Origin: Candidatus Bathyarchaeia archaeon | GTDB taxonomy: Archaea; Thermoproteota; Bathyarchaeia; Bathyarchaeales; Bathycorpusculaceae | Direction: 5' to 3' | Length of the DNA stretch: 64,000 bases | Assembly: GCA_038883655.1 (NCBI GenBank) | Contig: JAVZLQ010000002.1 | Location: forward strand, 1-64,000 | Part shown: one piece after another, positions 61,021 to 64,000 of the stretch | Position numbering within the stretch: the first letter of the stretch is position 1 | Layout: every line of letters begins with the position of its first letter | Translations under genes and position numbers: made by a program | Notes under the pieces: model-generated | What the model was told of the DNA's origin: nothing | Seen by the model: the letters and a program-made list of their open reading frames with translations, nothing else | Database searches by the model: none

Positions 61021-61608
61021 CTATCTTAAAGTGTTATCGCCTTTGGCTTTGCCTTCATTCTTCAAGCGTGAAATTTCTTCAATTTCTAGTTGATGTTTTC
61101 TGCAAAGCATGTAAACGCCCCCGTAAAAGTTTTCGGGTTTACACGGCGCCTTCATTAGGCAACCCTTAACTTTGCAGTGTCCTAGTTCCAAAGCGTGTCC
61201 AATTTCATGTAGGCTTATCCCGATGCAAGCCTCAAACAAGTGTTTTTTATCAATGCTGTAGGTTGAAACTATGGAAATGCGTGGTTCTGGAGTTAACCCA
61301 ACAAGGCTTTCTCCAAGACCAAGAACGTAATGTGGCAAAATCGCAAGCAAAATCGTTCCTGGATGGACGCAAAATAACCTTTTTAACTCATCCAACAAAT
61401 CGTTGATGTAAACCATCTTTCTGCCCTTCATGAAAAACTTTGCTAACAGACTTTTTGGTTTAAGAAGGATTTGTTCAGGAAGCGTCCTATTAGCTGGAAT
61501 TTCAACAATCTCTATTTTATATATGGATTTGGCGTTTGTGCTAATGTCTTCTAAAAAGCCATAACTAAAATCGAATGTTTGAATAATCAGCTTATACATC
61601 ACTTTCAA
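61021..61608 (-). CDS. Archaemetzincin-like zinc metalloprotease
   Basis: HEIGHALELGHC....CLM...C motif (HExxHxxxxxH, Met-turn, Cys cluster). Confidence 0.75.
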   Translation of the reverse strand: MKVMYKLIIQTFDFSYGFLEDISTNAKSIYKIEIVEIPANRTLPEQILLKPKSLLAKFFMKGRKMVYINDLLDELKRLFCVHPGTILLAILPHYVLGLGESLVGLTPEPRISIVSTYSIDKKHLFEACIGISLHEIGHALELGHCKVKGCLMKAPCKPENFYGGVYMLCRKHQLEIEEISRLKNEGKAKGDNTLR

Positions 61609-61683
61609 TGAAAATATGCGTCTTGTAGGCTTAACGCTTTTGCCTAACGTTCATTTAAGGAAATATAGGTGTAACGGGTGGCG

Positions 61684-63171
61684 TTAGCCCTTCACAACAG
61701 CTATTGGCACCATTCTGGCAACCTTTGTGGCAATCCCAACCTTGTCGCTTACATCCGCCACGATATCAACGTTTTTGTAGGCAGGGTCAGCCTCCTCAGC
61801 AAGCACCACTGAGCTTGCAGACCTAACGTATATTCCACGTTGCTCTAAGGCTTTCTTCACGTCTCCGCCCCAGAACCTCCTTTTTGCAGCGTTTCTGCTA
61901 AGCATTCTTCCAGCACCATGTGCCGTTGAACCAAAGCTTATTTGCATGGCTTTTTCCGTGCCGACCAAAAGCCAAGAGCTTGTTCCCATGCTTCCAGGTA
62001 TAAGGACTGGCTGACCAACCGCTCTATAGTCTGCTGGGATTTCTGGGTGGTTAGGTGGGAAAGCCCTTGTTGCGCCTTTTCTGTGAACCCAAACTTTCCT
62101 TTGTTCGCCATTAATGCGATGATTTTCTATTTTCGCAATGTTATGCGCCACATCGTAGATGAGTTTCAAGCCGAACCTTTCTGGGTCTTGCTTAAAAACT
62201 TGCTTGAAGCTTTGCCTAACCCAATGCATTATTGCTTGACGGTTTGCAAATGCATAATTTACGGCGCAAGCCATCGCCTTATAATAATCTTCAGCCTCGT
62301 TGCTTTTTCCTGGGGCGCATGCAAGCTCCCTATCTGGTAGGACAATCTTGTATTTGTGCACTGCCCTTTCCATAACCCGCAAATAATCAGAACATATTTG
62401 ATGCCCGTAGCCGCGGGAGCCGCAGTGAATCATTACGATTATTTGTCCTTCGCCTTCTATTCCAAAAGCCTTTGCAGTGTTGGAGTCGTAGATTCTATCA
62501 ACTTTCTGAATTTCTAGAAAGTGATTTCCAGAGCCCAAAGTGCCGATTTGGGTTAGTCCTCTGTTCTTGGCTGTTGTTGAAACCTTGTCTGGGTCCGCGT
62601 TTTTCATGCATCCTCGTTCTTCGCAGTGTTCCGCGTCCTCGTCCCATCCCAATCCTTGGTCGATTACCCATTGGACACCTTCAACAACAAGCCTATCCAA
62701 ATCGTGTTCGGTAACCCTGAAGTCTTTTCTGCGGCTTCCAAGCCCACATGGAACATTATCGAAAATCACGTTTGTCAACTCTACAAGTTTTGGTCTTAAG
62801 TCCTTTTCAAACAAGTTTGTTGTTAATAGGCGGACTCCACAGTTTATGTCGTAGCCAACTCCGCCTGGGCTGATTACGCCTTCCTCGTAGTCTGTGGCTG
62901 CAACGCCTCCTATTGGGAAGCCATATCCCTCATGTCCGTCTGGCAATGTTATTGAGTGTTTGTATATGCCTGGTAAATGGGCAACATTTACACACTGTTC
63001 AAGCGTTCTATCGGTTTGCATTTTCTCAAGCAAGTCCCTATTAGCGAATATTATTCCTGGAACTCGCATGCCCGGCTTATATTTTGGAATGCGCCATGTG
63101 TAATCGTCTATTCTTTCAAGTGGAACCTTTTCTGTTGGTGGACGTCCTTCTCCTTCTTCCATTTCCTTCAC
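61684..63171 (-). CDS. rtcB: RNA-splicing ligase RtcB
   Basis: PDGHEGYGFPIG, GYDINCG, GSGNHF, HRKGAT, PGSMG and HGAGR motifs; no intein. Confidence 0.97.
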   Translation of the reverse strand: MKEMEEGEGRPPTEKVPLERIDDYTWRIPKYKPGMRVPGIIFANRDLLEKMQTDRTLEQCVNVAHLPGIYKHSITLPDGHEGYGFPIGGVAATDYEEGVISPGGVGYDINCGVRLLTTNLFEKDLRPKLVELTNVIFDNVPCGLGSRRKDFRVTEHDLDRLVVEGVQWVIDQGLGWDEDAEHCEERGCMKNADPDKVSTTAKNRGLTQIGTLGSGNHFLEIQKVDRIYDSNTAKAFGIEGEGQIIVMIHCGSRGYGHQICSDYLRVMERAVHKYKIVLPDRELACAPGKSNEAEDYYKAMACAVNYAFANRQAIMHWVRQSFKQVFKQDPERFGLKLIYDVAHNIAKIENHRINGEQRKVWVHRKGATRAFPPNHPEIPADYRAVGQPVLIPGSMGTSSWLLVGTEKAMQISFGSTAHGAGRMLSRNAAKRRFWGGDVKKALEQRGIYVRSASSVVLAEEADPAYKNVDIVADVSDKVGIATKVARMVPIAVVKG

Positions 63172-63230
63172 CTACCCTATGAAGTAACTTTGCTAAAATA
63201 TAAGGAATTTTGGTGTTTAAACCAAAACGT

Positions 63231-64000
63231 TCAACTAGTCGAAACCCTTTCTTTCCTAACAAAATCGATAAAGCCTTCCAAGCTTTCTTTCAATGTTGTC
63301 TCGCTTAGAATTGGGTGCGTTGTCAAGTACTTTAGCGCCCTCTTAACCGCGTCATCACGCTCAATTATACTTTCCTTAATGGCTTCTAACGTATCTCCGT
63401 TTTCCACACCTTGTCTAGCAATGCTTTCCCAAAGTCGAATTTGCCTCGCGTATGTTTGGAGTTTTTCGATAGCGTTTTCTGCCTTGCCAAAGTGGCTATA
63501 ATACAAGAATTTTGGTTTTAGGCGAATCAGCGCATTAATTGAATTTAGCGCGACGTTTAAGTAAAAAGGTGCAGGTGTTGTCGGCACGATTACGTCAAGC
63601 GTGTTTAGGTATATGCCCGCTGCGTCTCCAGTGAAAATGCCGTTGCTTAGTGGATCATAATAACATAAATGGTGTGAAGCATGTCCAAGAGTTTCGACAA
63701 TTTTGATGGCAACGTCGTTTCCAACATCAATTGTTGTGTCGTCAACTGCTGGAGTTACTCGCTCTTTTGGAACTGGTTCTGGCGCGCCGTAAATTTTCGT
63801 TATCTCTCCTAAAACTGCTTTTGATTGTTCCCAAAGCTTTTCTGGGTTGATTAAATGCGGCGCTCCCCTTGGGTGAACTATGATTTTTGCTTTTGGCAGA
63901 TGCTTTATTAACGTTCCAGCGCCTCCGCCGTGGTCTAGGTGAATGTGAGAAAGCGCAATGTAAGCCACATCTTCTGGTTTTATGCCTAACTGTTTTAGGC
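63231..64000 (-). CDS. Metallo-beta-lactamase-fold hydrolase (5'-truncated by window edge)
   Basis: SHIHLDHGGG, GHASHH, FTGD and YSHFG motifs. Confidence 0.88.
   Translation of the reverse strand, partial: LKQLGIKPEDVAYIALSHIHLDHGGGAGTLIKHLPKAKIIVHPRGAPHLINPEKLWEQSKAVLGEITKIYGAPEPVPKERVTPAVDDTTIDVGNDVAIKIVETLGHASHHLCYYDPLSNGIFTGDAAGIYLNTLDVIVPTTPAPFYLNVALNSINALIRLKPKFLYYSHFGKAENAIEKLQTYARQIRLWESIARQGVENGDTLEAIKESIIERDDAVKRALKYLTTHPILSETTLKESLEGFIDFVRKERVSTS

Noticed and set aside
45963-63171. Inteins in RNR or RtcB; selenocysteine in redox genes
   Set aside because: Lengths and motifs are contiguous, and no in-frame TGA occurs at Cys positions.

Overview
Gene-dense archaeal chromosomal window. 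It has archaeal PheS/PheT, TrpS, EF-1alpha, short XPF, RtcB, 7S SRP RNA and intron-containing tRNAs; gene content suggests a TACK-type archaeon, probably Bathyarchaeia (inference). From left to right: a toxin-antitoxin pair beside a tRNA-Trp with two insertions; an uncharacterised five-gene module (two paralogous AbiEii/MenT-like nucleotidyltransferases, a metallophosphoesterase, an APC permease and a membrane protein) ending at a stand-alone 5S rRNA; housekeeping genes; SRP RNA; a sugar/glycogen block; LipS1/LipS2 lipoyl synthases; an acyl-CoA/aromatic-acid catabolic block; EF-1alpha; a ~10 kb redox/metal block (Zn-ferredoxin, SOD, encapsulated-ferritin-like protein, rubredoxin, class II RNR, Prx, rubrerythrin, Ptr2/LrpA-like regulator, PDO, HypA plus ATPase-type HypB); a symporter, HAD hydrolases, an intron-containing tRNA-Gly and RtcB. 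The best candidate for an undescribed system is the NTase/NTase/phosphoesterase/APC module (~1.0-6.8 kb). Other leads: a Phe-codon uORF leader before pheS, a candidate structured ncRNA at ~57.8 kb, perfect palindromic operators beside a DUF134 regulator, and a dispersed gene-end motif. No CRISPR array, transposase or integrase was seen. All family calls come from motif recognition by eye, not database searches.
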